DNA of 64,000 nucleotides from Moniliella sp. 'wahieum' (Eukaryota), in contig RSEE01000038.1 in the NCBI GenBank assembly GCA_003971905.1, positions 248,001 through 312,000 on the forward strand, given 5' to 3'. Positions 1 through 12,300 of this stretch are shown here, piece by piece. The translations under genes and the position numbers were made by a program. How positions within the stretch are numbered: the stretch's first letter is position 1; the number at the start of each line of letters is the position of its first letter. The notes below the pieces were generated by a model. That model made no database searches. It was given only the letters and a program-made list of their open reading frames with translations, and had not been told where the DNA came from.

Positions 1-604
1 GCCTGAGCGCCTTTTAGGGCAGCGCTCAGCCAGCCACTCAGCTCTATTATAGGTAACGTTTTTGCCATATATCATGCACATCATGCATCATGGCAGTAGT
101 GGCGCCACTAACACCTCCCATAGCTTATCCGGTTCCCAAAACACGATATTATTTCCACCGATTCTCAGCCCGAGCAGACACGGCTCACACCACAGCAGCA
201 TCCCGGTCGCCAATTAGTAAAGACGCGCCGCAGTCAGCAAAACTGCGTCATTATAAAAGCGCTACCACACACTGTTGGCCCCAGCCGGGGAGGCCCTCCA
301 GCTCGACTATCTGTTCGATCACCTCTGCCCGCGCCGAGTTCTGTACCGTTGCCACCATTGAGTTGAGTCCACCTCATTTTTGGAGGGAAGTTAGTACTTA
401 GTGCCTGCAGCACGAGTGGGCCGTATGCAACTCATCATCTTTTGAGTGCTGCTTCCGAAGGGCCAACCCTAGTTGACGACTATAAATCTGACACGGGAAG
501 GACAGCTTACGTCAGTCGCCCTTTCCGCCCCTGCGGGGGGACAGCGACGCGATGTCGTTAAAATCGATGACCGTATCTCCCTTCCTCCATCTGTCCTGCA
601 CAGA

Positions 605-1456
605 ATGGCGTCACATCTACTCCGCCAGGCGGTTGCGTCGCCTGCCAGCCGCTTGCCGGTCCACATGCACATCCGTTTGGCCCACGGGTCGGCTCGGATG
701 CTGGCCGCCTACTCTTTCCCCTCCTCCACAGCCCCTGCTGCATCCTCCCCCAGCAGCCGAGCCAAATCCGCCGCCGTCACCACCGCCAGTCAGGCAGGTC
801 CTTCGGGTACCCAGCCACCTGTGTCCCACGCCCAAGGGCCTGAGTGGGTTGCCAATGACTTTTCCGGCATGTCTCAGCAACCCTTTCCGCGCGAAACGGC
901 CGATGTGCTGATGGCGCCACTCGATTCTAAGGATGTTGAGATCACGCCCGGTACGTTGCCCGCCGTGTCTTGTCCTACTCAGCTCTGCCTTGCCCAAAGC
1001 TAACCCTTTGCTGGTGGTGGAACTGCGTCCTGTGCCATACAGACGGCCTGCTGTACCTACCGGAGATCAAGTACCGCCGCATCCTCAACCGCGCTTTCGG
1101 TCCGGGTGGCTGGGGCTTGGCCCCGCGCGGTCAGAGCGTGGTGTCGGCCAAGGTGGTAAGTCGGGAATGGGCAATGCTCTGCCTCGGGCGTCTGGTTGCT
1201 GTGGCCCGTGGGGAACAGAATTACTTTGACCCGGATGGGATTCCTACCGCGGCAGAGGGAGCCAAGTCGAACGCGCTGATGCGCTGTTGCAAAGACTTGG
1301 GCATTGCGTCAGAACTGTGGGACCCACGCTTCATTCGTACCTTTAAGGGGGCCATGCGGTCCAGGTCTGGACCGAGAGCCGCGACGGTAAAAAGAACTAC
1401 TGTGGCGGCGTAAAGATAGCCCCCGTTTACTTACCCGTGGCGGGAACAGTGGTTGA
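605..1456 (+). CDS. MGM101: Mitochondrial genome maintenance protein Mgm101 (Rad52-like)
   Basis: ATG at 605 opens an Arg/Ser/Ala-rich presequence-like N-terminus. Intron 951-1042 (GTACGT..GCTAAC..CAG) joins VEITP to [30 protein letters not shown]...[24 protein letters not shown], the Mgm101 signature. The 3' end is frameshifted, so the stop is approximate. Confidence 0.93.
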
Positions 1457-2049
1457 GTTTGTACGCCATTACATGCCATTGACTACCACCGCTCTACTCG
1501 CCTTTTCTGGACAGCAGTTCGAACCACACTCTCCATGCGAAAGGCTATAGTGTCGCCAGATAGAGCAATGTAAGGAGGTTTGCGGAGCCTGCCGCCCGAC
1601 ACCGACTGAATGTCGACGGGTCGGCCTACTGGGGATGGACATTCTGTAGGGCTCAAGCCGCCTATTAGCCCTATGTTTTAACACGGATAAGAAACAATCT
1701 TGGTGACGTGGGGCACGCAGCACTGATGAAGCCAAGGAAGAGATGTACTAACATGGACCTGAGATTAACTGTCTTGATCCCACCAAAAGATGTTCGTAAT
1801 ACGCTCTCAATACATTTTGAGATGGGCAATCCTGCCGCAACTTATACACATCATCACACCAGGTCGGTTGGCTTCACTGGATCGGAAGCAGAAATCGCGT
1901 GAGATAAACGTAATGCAGGATTAAACGTTCCAGTGATGCATCCAAAAGAAAGGTCAATCTTGGTGGAATCTCGTTGCAGAGAGAGAGTGGAATACGCCCG
2001 TGGGGGAAGGGGTATAAACTCAGTGAAGGGGCCGCATCCTCAGATCGCC

Positions 2050-3787
2050 TCAGGCCACTACAAGTGCGGCTCGTCTGCCCAGGCCTTCCTTGGTAACCTG
2101 GTCGCCCTTCTCGTCTGCTGCGGCTTGTGGCACCCCGCGGGCAATGAGTTCTTCCCTCTGTTTGTCCGAAGCGTACATGGCAAACTCGTGAATCTTCTCC
2201 CCTGACGGCTTGACGCCAAGCTTGTGTACCACCGCATAGCAAAACGGCAAACTGGCTCCCAACAAGGCCATGTTGAGCCCTGCCACACCATCGAGTCGGA
2301 AACCCGTCGAGTTGAGCCCGTACGATACAGCCTGTCCTGCAGACTCGACACCGCGAATGATGGCAGTGAGCCGGATCAGATCAGCTGGGTTGTCCGACAA
2401 GCCTGAGGCAATCCAATAGTTCACTGTCGTTGGGTCAGTATTTGGTTGTTTCAGGCACAACGTGAAGAGGGGAAAACATACTCTCATACATGGTTGAAAA
2501 GATGATTTCCAACATGAGGTAGACACCGAACCCTTTGCCCCAGATCGAGCTGCCATCAACCCAATCGTAGTGCGGTGCATGGTTTTGTGGAACTGGTTCA
2601 TGACTACAATGGCGTAGATCCAGTATCCCATGGCGCACCCATACACCAAGGCAAAGCCAGCTTTGGCGCGGCGGTTGATTGTCCACTTGCTGTAATCGAG
2701 CAACACACCCAGCAGCAGGTTTGAAATCATGGATACAATCGCCCCATGAGGGATGCAAGCGCACGGCTGCGCACGGTAAAGTAGGTGGCGTTGAACGTGC
2801 CGCATACGACTCGGAAAAGGTTGATGTCCAAATCATGGGCAAGAGAAGGAGGACCTTGGGCTGAAGCAGCGTCTTGGCCATCAATTTATCTCTACCAAAG
2901 GATGCTGCGTCGTAGTGAGCTCGACGGGGGTCCCATCTTTGCGCTGTACTTTCTTTGGCATGGAGAGAAGGCATCCCGCCAAGGGTCCTGCTGCTGCAGG
3001 CAATGAAGACCTTGTATGTGGTGAAGGAGATGGCACCGCCACCAGACGATTGTGAGTTGTGGTTCAGGCCCAGTGAGATGAGCCCAGCGAGTACTTGGCC
3101 CGCTACACGGTAGCACAGCCAATACGATAAGTACCGACCTTGCTTCTTCCGTTCCGGGTAGCCCATCACCAACGCCCCCTCGGTCGCCCAAAACGTACCT
3201 GCCGTGATACCAAAGGGTGGCACCAAGGAGCACGAGCCAGTTCTTGTTATACTTGGAAAGAACGTAGAGACCAGCCGCATACGGAGCGTACCCGCATGTA
3301 CCAAAGATAAGAGCAAACTTGATGTTCGTAATCTTGACCAGCGCGGGCTGCAGGAAACAGGTGACGACCATCAAACAAAACCTATTAGGCCCATCAAGCA
3401 TTGAGGTTGGTCAGTTTCACAGGTGGGGGGGACATCACGTTTCACAAGAGGATGAGAGAACGTACGTGATGGAGTTGGATGCATTGACTGTACTAATATC
3501 CATTCCTCCTCCTGCACCGAGGAGGGAAAGGCCCGCCCCAGAGACCTGGGGCCAAAAAGAGCAAATGCCAAGAACGGTAATGTTCCAAAAGACCGAACGG
3601 TAAAAAAGTGACGCGGTATGTGCCGTCGGGCTTGAGACGGCTTAGCGCCCGATCGGGCTCAATGGCCCCCGGTGCCCGCAAGCGAGGCAACATCGGGCGA
3701 CGTGGTGGCCAACTTTTCGTCTGAATCGGGCTGCGGAGCCGTTGGCCCAGAGTCGGAGGGAGGGTTGGACCAAGGAAGCTTCACCAT
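2050..3787 (-). CDS. UNC-93-like (DUF895) MFS membrane transporter
   Basis: Segments such as IFGTCGYAPYAAGLY, GITAGTFWATEGALVMGYPERKKQGRYLSYW and RLTAIIRGVESAGQAVSYGLNS are typical of fungal UNC-93-like MFS proteins. Introns at 3382-3465 and 2424-2481. Several frameshifts. Confidence 0.85.
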
Positions 3788-4171
3788 GCCACAGTATGTG
3801 TCGTGACTGTTGTAGGTTGGAAGGGCAGAAGGTTGAGAAGAAGGGGAAGAAGGACAGAAGAAGATGGATGCGAAGGAAAAGGAGAGCACGCGGCGCCAGA
3901 GGTGGATCTTCCAGTTAAATATGCACTTGTGCTTTTGTATATGGCGACAGGAGAGGAATTCGTTCTGAAACAAGAAGCCCCTCGCTCCACGGTTTGCCCA
4001 TAGCCGACGGAGAGGAGAGTGTCTCTCAATGGGCATCCGATGGGCGCAAGGGTTGGTTATCTGTTTTGAGACTGTTCCTGGGGATCATATATCCTAGCTG
4101 CTCGTTTTGCATCAGTACTCTGTTGGCTGTGCGTGCTCGGCGGCGAAGATGGTGATGCCGGTGCGCCAGCC

Positions 4172-4202
4172 AAGCTTCAAGCTTCAGGCCTCAGGCCTCA
4201 GG
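4172..4202. repeat. 7-bp-period TCA+palindrome array (AGCT, AGCT, GGCC, GGCC)
   Basis: TCA at 4177, 4184, 4191 and 4198. Confidence 0.85.
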
Positions 4203-5860
4203 ACCAATGTCCGTGACGGGAGAAGGGGGCGCAGTGGGCAGTGGAGAAGAGATTGAATAGCGAAACGAGACTGGGCTGGTGGCGCCGGTGGCGCCCCGAG
4301 GCGGGATTTGCCCCACATTTTTGTCCTCCCGACGCAATTGCGCAACCGGCTGACATGTGACACTTTTTAATCTCAAGCTCGTCATTGGCGTGATGATCGA
4401 TGATTCAGGCGAACCCCCCGCCCGCCCGCCATCAAGTTAGGCTCATCGCTGAGGAAATGCAATTGCCCGTACTTCCAATGGCACACAGTGAGTACTCAGT
4501 CTGAGTTGCAGCAAGCCTCCCTAATTAACCTATTGACGGTCTGAGTGGGCGACACGGGCAGTGTGGAGGAGGGGTCATCCGGTCATCGTGATCGATGACC
4601 TCAATGACCCGGCGCTTGACAGCACGTCCTCTTTTTTATTCACACAAGCACGTCTTTTCATCTCTCAACACAGAGAACCTCTCTCTGGTGTGTGTGGCAT
4701 CCGTCGGGACCTGACGCTTGCGTCCGGCATCTGGGTATAGGCGCTCGATTCACGTGCGGATGCTGACCAAACGCTGGATTGGAGAGGGTGGTGCAGAGCG
4801 GCCACCTCTTCGACTCGGGGGGGGGGCGGGTTGCTGTTGCGCCACCCGACAGGCACAACCATACGGAAGCTGGCGCCTGGCCAGTGTGGGAGGAGGGACT
4901 TCTCCTTCCCGGCACCATGCCTCGGTCACTCCGTAGCTCGGATAACGCCTCCCCCGTACTCAGGTACTCGCTGACGGCAAAAACAGTGCAATATAAACAC
5001 AACCCGCTTTCTCCACTTTCTTCGCCCGCTGTTGGGTGTTTTCTTCTTTTGTACCTCCCCCTCTGCTCCTTCCAGATGCGATGCTGGCCCACAGAGTGTA
5101 CAGTATATCTATACTGTTCTCCTTGTGCCTGCCCACATATGCGGCATTCGCCCCCTCATCTATCGTCCTCGACCTGCTATTTTTGGCCTGTTTTGCCTCC
5201 ACTACTACCTGCTTTTGCTTGCGTGCTTTTGGCGCGTGCTGCGTGGTCCTCTGATACATGCCAATGCATGACCAACCATTGGATGTCCCTGCTGAGAAGC
5301 TGAGGGCCTCAGTCTAAGGCTGAGAGTGTGTGACTGAATAGACAGATAGATAGATAATACGAGAGAGAGAGAGCCTCGAGATTCAAGCCCCTCTCGAAAG
5401 TCCACCTCCTACGCGTTCTCCGTTCTTCCTTCCCACAGTTCGTACGTTGCAGGGGCCGAGATCACAGAGATGGGCCCTCTGTACATCTGCATCAACGGAC
5501 GAACGGAAGGACGAATGAAAGATGATGGGAGGACATGTGGCACATGGTAAGGCAAAAACTCCTGAAAGCAAAAACATATAGCATATATACTTCTAGGACA
5601 ACGAACGTTGGGGTTGCAAATAAGCCGTCCCGAACAAGGGAACGTAGGTGATGAGGTAGGGAAGTCGCGGAAGTAGGAGAGGTAAGGGAGGTACTAGGTA
5701 GGAGAGAAAAATAGGTAGGGAACCATGGGAGAAAAAAAGAAAAAGAGGTCCAAGGCGGCACCTAGCACGAGCAAAAGAGCAAGAGCAAGAGCAAGAACGA
5801 CGGAGGGTATCCGCGGTCCTTGTTGTTTTGTTGTACTTTCGTTTGGGTTCCCGGAGGAGG

Positions 5861-8800
5861 TTACAACGCCGACGCATCATTCTGCGCTTCCGCCGACGGG
5901 TATAGGCACTCTGCATCATCTTGGCTGCGCCAGCCCCAACATGGCTTCTTCCTGCCGCGTTCGCGCCGCCGCCGGCGCAAATACCGCTGCCGCTGCCGCC
6001 GCTGCATCGGGGGTGGCTGGGAAGGGAACGAAGGTGGGCTGCCTGACCCTGCCAGGGGAAAATTCGAGTTTGGAGGGTGCATGGGCGAGGTGGTGAGGTG
6101 GTTGGACCAAGTAGTTGCGGGGGTTGGGGAGGTTGGGAGCGCTGGGAGCGCTGGGAGCGTTGTGATCGAACCGATCGCGCGGCGAGGCACGCACCGACGA
6201 TCGAGGGTGGAGGCGGCGGAAGCGTCGTCGGTCGTTCGCCCTGGTTCTCCCAAGTGCGGAGGTGGGGTGTCGAGGCCGTCGGCTTGACGGAGCCAAGTCG
6301 TCGGAGGCGAGGTGGCGAGAAAGGCAAGGAAGGCTTGTTCGGACGCGGAAAGCAGATGTGCTCGACTGAAATACAGCGACCAAAGTGAATTGCGACAAGG
6401 TGGTAGGCGTGGTTTTGATAATAACTGTTGACCATTGCCCCAGCTCGGAACAGCCGGTCAGAGCCGGGGGGAACGGCCCACGGGACTGTTGGAGTCCCCC
6501 CGCGGCGGGCGGGAAGGTGGTAAAAGAACGCAGGAGGCCTCGGTGGTCCGAGAGGTCGTGCGCTTCTGCGTTAAGGGGCAGAGTGGTAAGCAGGTCACTT
6601 CCCATGGCGGGCGATGGACCCCAGGTATGCGCCACCATGGTCCAGGGCGTGTCGGTGGGGAGCAAGTGAGGGCCACGCCGAGAGACGGGTTTACGGGCAA
6701 GGTAGACCAGGTCGGCACCCAGGCCGTGGCAGAGCGCACGGGTAAGAAGTGTACCCACTTGGTTCAGCGCGGGCGCAGGTTGAGGGACCGTTGGGCTCCT
6801 CCCTGGGACCCCACCCGTTCTTGAAAGGCGGAGCGAACGTGTTCCTGCTCCAACTCGGCTTCCACTTCCTCGTCCAGGCCAGCGGGGACACCATCGAGGG
6901 GAGACGCCAGCCGGACCACAGACCGGCGTACGCCTGAGGCCAACAAGGGCGCATCGTGCATGAACCCCAACGAGCTGATCCCGGCTTGGAGACGGATGGA
7001 TTCTACGAGCAGCAAAGTAACGCACAGGCCACAGACGTGGTTTGGGACGTGTCAATAGAATTCCCAGGCCAAACATTGGGAAAGAGGACAAGGATGGGGA
7101 CGTACGGTCTAGCATCCGTTGCTTGGTCAACTGGGCCCAACTCAGATCCGCATGCTCCAGTACAGTCGACACGTCCGTCGCTGCCTTGGCCAGCGCCGTG
7201 ACGTGGTCCGCGGACCACCACATTGGGCCACTGTTGCTTTGGCTTACCCAGGGTTGGGTCCCCGTCACGCATACCATCGCCACTACTTCGCCCGACGAAG
7301 CCAAAATAGGCAGAGACGCAAAGAAACGTGCCTCTTCCACGCCAGAACCGCCGCTTCCTTCTTCCTTCCCAGCGGAAGGATGTGCAAAGCGGCAGTCCGA
7401 CCTGAGATCCGGCACCACCAAGCCGGCCTCCTGATTGAGCAGCGTATGCGCCTCGGGACTGAAGAGCCGAGAACGGCGAGTGCTTGCCAGGGTCGAGGCG
7501 GGACCAAGCCCAGAGACAAGCGGAACAGCTTGACGGTCATCCACCACAGCCAGATAGGCCGTCCCTTGTGCCGCTGGCCAATGGGTCTCTAGCCGAGCCA
7601 ATATCGTTTGGAGCGTTGAGTATACAGTTTCGGTGGCAGATTTGAGTTGGGAAAGGCGAGGGGAGGGGGAAGGGGCAGAGGCAGAGGCATGGTCGTACAA
7701 TGCGCGCAGGGGGCGATGGAGGTGCATCTGAGCCACACGCCGTCGTTCCCATCTGAGCAGAAAAAAAGATGGTAAAAAGTCAGTCGCCTGTGATGGCCAG
7801 CGCAAACAGAACCAAAAGAGTCGTGCGTACATTAAGAGCGGCGCCGGGATTCTAGGATCCGGGAGGGAGGCCAGCTCTCGTATTAGTTCAATGTGTGTCC
7901 GGAACACGGTACTGGCCGTTGCGTCCTCCAGCGCATCAGCAAACGATTCAGTGTCATCAAGGGGCGTGTCAATCGAAGAAGCAAGACGTGTGCTGGGTCC
8001 TGCTTGAGAGCCAAATTCGGACCCAGCTTGCGAAGCTGCACTGCGCGTACCGTCCCGCTCGCGTCGAGGCGTGGCGTTTGAAACGTCCCACGGGCCATCA
8101 TGAACTTTTCTACCACGGAGGCAGCTGCCACCTCGAGGAGAGTACTGGCGTACTCGGTTGGGTGGGGCATGCCTTCATCCCCATTGTTGGCTGGGAGGGG
8201 AGTCCCTTCCTCTGGAAAGGGGGGCAAATCATTGGCATCCAAGACGCCGAGACTATAGAGAAAAAAGCTCTGCTTTGCTCAGTTGGCATAGAAACTGCCT
8301 CCCTGGGCCTGCGGGGGTGTAGGGTAGGGTGTGGGCACGTAGGGGGTGCGTTGGGGTTGAGGGTGAGGCAGAGGTGAAGGTTGGGGTGGAACCAGGATCA
8401 GTCGGCTCCACTGGGTTCAACGCATGAAAGCGGTTGTGGATGCTGGCTAGGTGAGCCCAGGAAGGGGCTGCTTTGGTCCGCGCTGCTTCCATGTCAAACA
8501 CAAATGTCGAACCGGTCGAACCGGTTTTGCGGTTGGGCGGGAAGGCAGCAGTCGTAGTTGGCTGGGGGGGTAGGACGAGGGGGGGTGGGGAAGGGTGGTC
8601 CGCTTGGGATGGGGTGGGGAGGCGCTCACGGCAGAAGCGGCAGAAACAGCGCCGGCGGCGCCAGAGTGAAGAGGCTGTTGGCCGAGAGGAGGCGGTGGTA
8701 ATGCCGGTCGGTACACTGGAGCCGGTACTTGGAGGTATGAGGAAGTGGGAGTGATGGGGGAAGAAGGCAGCTTGGCATCCGTCGCGGGCGACGTCTTGGA

Positions 8801-9338
8801 CTTGTCCGTCTGTGGGGCGCGGGGGGAATGATGGGAGAAGAGAGGCGGGCTTTTTGCGGCCAAAAAAGCGACGGGCCGACGAAGAGGTGTCAGGGTGGGA
8901 CGAAGGGGGTGGCTCGCTGATGCCCAGCATGCGTCTCCAACCGCCACGAGATTTGGGCTGATTGGCAGCTCGGTCGGGAGCGGGAGCGGTGGGCTTCGAA
9001 GGAGGCGAGGTTGAGTGGGGGATGGGGCAGCTTTTGAGTGGCGGGACGAAGGTGTGGGTGTGGGTGCAGGCGTGGGCGTGGCCGTGGGCCGCGGGGGACA
9101 TTCGTACCGTGGGAGCGGCGGGAGGGCGGAGCCAAGGGTGCGCCAGTCGGCTGCCTGGTCTGTCGCGAGGGTGGGTACGGTGCTAGCCACGTCGAGGAGG
9201 GGGGCGAGCTGGATGTCGTGGAGCAGGGCGGGGGGGCGCTCGGGCGGGGGGGGGGAGAAGAGCGGCGATTACCTCGGAGGGCTGGGGGGCGAAGTAGGTG
9301 GCGAGCAGCCGCTCGGCAGCGGCGTCGGCAGCGGCCAT
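5861..9338 (-). CDS. GAF-domain-containing protein with a long Pro/Ser-rich N-terminus
   Basis: ATG at 9338 (MAAADAAAERLLATYF). Chained frameshifted ORFs. GAF-like core EAHTLL..LVVPDLRSDCRF..RFFASLPILASSGEVVAMVCV at about 7250-7460. Intron 7753-7830. Both ends are approximate. Confidence 0.65.
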
Positions 9339-12300
9339 GGGGAGGAGGCGGCGGTAGCGGCGGAGGTGGTGGAGGGGGGGTTACCGGTTACCCCCAGCAA
9401 AGGCAAAGGCAGCCCACGACAGGCCCTCGCCCAGCGCCGCCCGGCAGACGCTCCCCAGCGCTTGGATGCCGCCGAAGCTGCAATACAATTAATACCCGCA
9501 GCAGCGCCCCCCCGCAGCACCCGGCGCGGCACGGCGCAGGTGTGGGTGGGCGCCCGTTTGTTTGTTTACCCCGGCTGCGGGTGGCCAGGTGGCTTGGCGC
9601 AGCACACACCGGCGCTGTGCCGGCGGCGCCTGGGCCTGCGGGGACGCTCGCGCACGCACTGGGCAGGCAGGCGACGCCGCAGGACCCTACACGCCCAGAT
9701 CCAGATGAGGCCCAGCAGCCGGCAGTACGTACCCGTTGGCCCACTCGCTTCCTGCATGCTGGGCGCTGGCTGGCACGCCCACCTTCAACGTCAACGTTCA
9801 ACTCAACGTTCAACGCAGCCTTCGGCGCCGAGGCAGCCGAGCGCTCCTGCTATCAAAGCATCAACATACCTGGCTTTCCATATACGCAGCAACCGGTGAG
9901 CATGCTGCACAGCCGGTGACCGGTGACTGCCTCGCCGAAATGTCCCTGGCAGTAGGCTGTGTGCATCTGCGCGTTTTAGGCGCCCAGTACGTACCCAAGG
10001 TTACCAGCTTATCTTTAAGCTTAGGTTTTTTGTGGGCAATCATGCATCCGATTAAAGCCGTTGAGGTTTGTCCAACGCCCAATAAAAATCGGATGAATAG
10101 TGGCCCAAAACAGCTGTCCCAGGGGGAAGAGCATAGCGGGCGAAGAAGTTGGAAGCTTGAAGGCGGGGTTATTAAACGTTAATCTTAATCATTTTCACCC
10201 CCTCGTCCCGCCAAACAGACCAAAGCTCGGCCTTGCTCGGGCAGACAGCAGCATTATATTGCTGCAGTTTGTGGGCAATAAGGCAAAACACATCCATCAG
10301 CACCACAGCAATTAAGCACAGGTCTGGAACAAGCCAAAAGGACTGGACAAGAAGAGCGAAAAAGACGTGCGATTTTATATGAGCGCAGGCCTGAGAGTGT
10401 GGTACTTCTACTTCTATATATGCTGTGCTTGTAATACGGATCGTCTGCAGTAGCTCCCATCCCGATCGCCCCATAGTACGCGTTGTGTACGCGTCTCTCT
10501 GACCAATAAAAGCTAATCCTGCGATCCGTTCGATTTTTCAACTCCCATTCGAACCATTTCGGTCCCCATCCCCCTTCCCCTCAATACTCAGTGGATACAG
10601 CAGCAGCCTCTCCTACGGCGCGCAGGTACCTCTCCAGATATGATTAATCAAAAGTAGTGCCCCCTCACCCCCTGCCCCCCGATGAGAGATGATGGCATGA
10701 TCGCAACTCCATCCCTGGCTGCCACCTGTCGTGCTCATCCGGCGTAGGAAAAGGTGGAACCCCCCCTCCTTATTGTGGATCGGGAGGGGATATATCGAAA
10801 CTCTTGGACGGCTAGCCGGAGCAAGTCAAGGACGGTATTATATCACCGGCTGACGGTGCCCTTGTATCTCCATCGGAATGCGCTGCGTAAAGTGCCTGCC
10901 GCTAGTTGCAGTGTTACAAGAGTCGTCTTATATTCGCAAGGCAAAGGGCACAGAGAATGCGAGGGTGAAGAAGACAGTGAAATACTAGTATGACCAATTC
11001 GTTTACCAGGGTTGGTCGGTAGGAAACAAAAGATGGTGGACAAAACCCACATGTAATATAGCCATGACAGTATAAGAGTCCCATATATCATACCTATTAG
11101 ACCACGCAGGTAATACCATAACCTAGCTCGGACAAGTAGCAACACAGATGAGGTATAGGAGCTCTGCAGAGAGTAGTTAGACCCAAAAATCCCGATCCCG
11201 CGATGGGTGGCGGCGGTGGTTATGCAGCATCTAAAGAGGTGTTACCTCTGTGGTAAGAGACCACACGCAGGAGGTGCCATGCCGGGAGCATTGCCAAAGA
11301 AGATGTTTGAGTACGGAAAAAAACGAGAGAACAGCGAGGTTGGTTGTTGGAGAGGGTTCTATATAGTCACTTACCAGTCTACCACTACGGCCGTCAGTAT
11401 AGCACACCCTCTCGTCCCCTACAGTCTGTTTGGAAAGTAATGGCTTGAGCCGGAGAGGGCCCTACCACCGCTGACGACACCATTAGCTTCATCCGACTAT
11501 GGGCGGGCATGAACAATTTTGGTTTTCGTGAGCGAGCCTGGAAGGTGCATCTTCGACAAAGCGACCGAGAATAGTGCAGCGCATCTGTGCCCAACATGTG
11601 CCCTGTCATTTTATAAAAACTCTTCTTATACTTCAGTCTGAACTACTACGTAGCAAAAACAGGCGGTCTACACAGAGTATATGTATAGTCAGTAGATTAA
11701 CAACGTTACACTTCACCAGCTTCCCCTCAATCCCGGACCGAACCAGCTTTTGAGGGCTGAGTCTCGTAACCGAGCTCGGGGACTAATATATATGACGGCT
11801 GGCATATGGCTAATGTCAGAGAGTAGCTCACGAGACGGGGCCCGCGTCCTGCTTCTCTGATACTAATGTCATTGTCGTATGGCCCTGTAGTACCCCAACT
11901 GTCCTTTCTCCTCTCCCCCCCTTTGGATCGGAGTCCCTACTAACCTGGGCTGCGGATTTTCCCTTCTCCGCACAAAGTTACACTCTCCTCCTTGTCTTCT
12001 CATCGGTCCCTTCGACTCTTAGCTGATCCTACATCAACTCTTTTGCCAAACATTCACGACAGTTATCGCGGGTCTATAGCTAGCGATGCTGGCCATGGGG
12101 AATGGAGATTGTATTCCAGAGAGGTAAGGAGAGCTAGACCTATGGGCCGTGCGAGGCTCCGGGCTCGGAGGCCAGTGGAAGCATATGTGGAAGGACCTGG
12201 ACCCACCCCCGGTGTACTGTGTGCATTGCATCGGGCCACGTGTCACATGTCACTGAAGGTCGATGGGCTCTAGACCACTGGTGGTCAACAACAGTTTTCT

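Noticed and set aside
5338..5800. (GATA)n, (GA)n and (GCAAGA)n microsatellites
   Set aside because: Ordinary simple repeats in the 3' flank.
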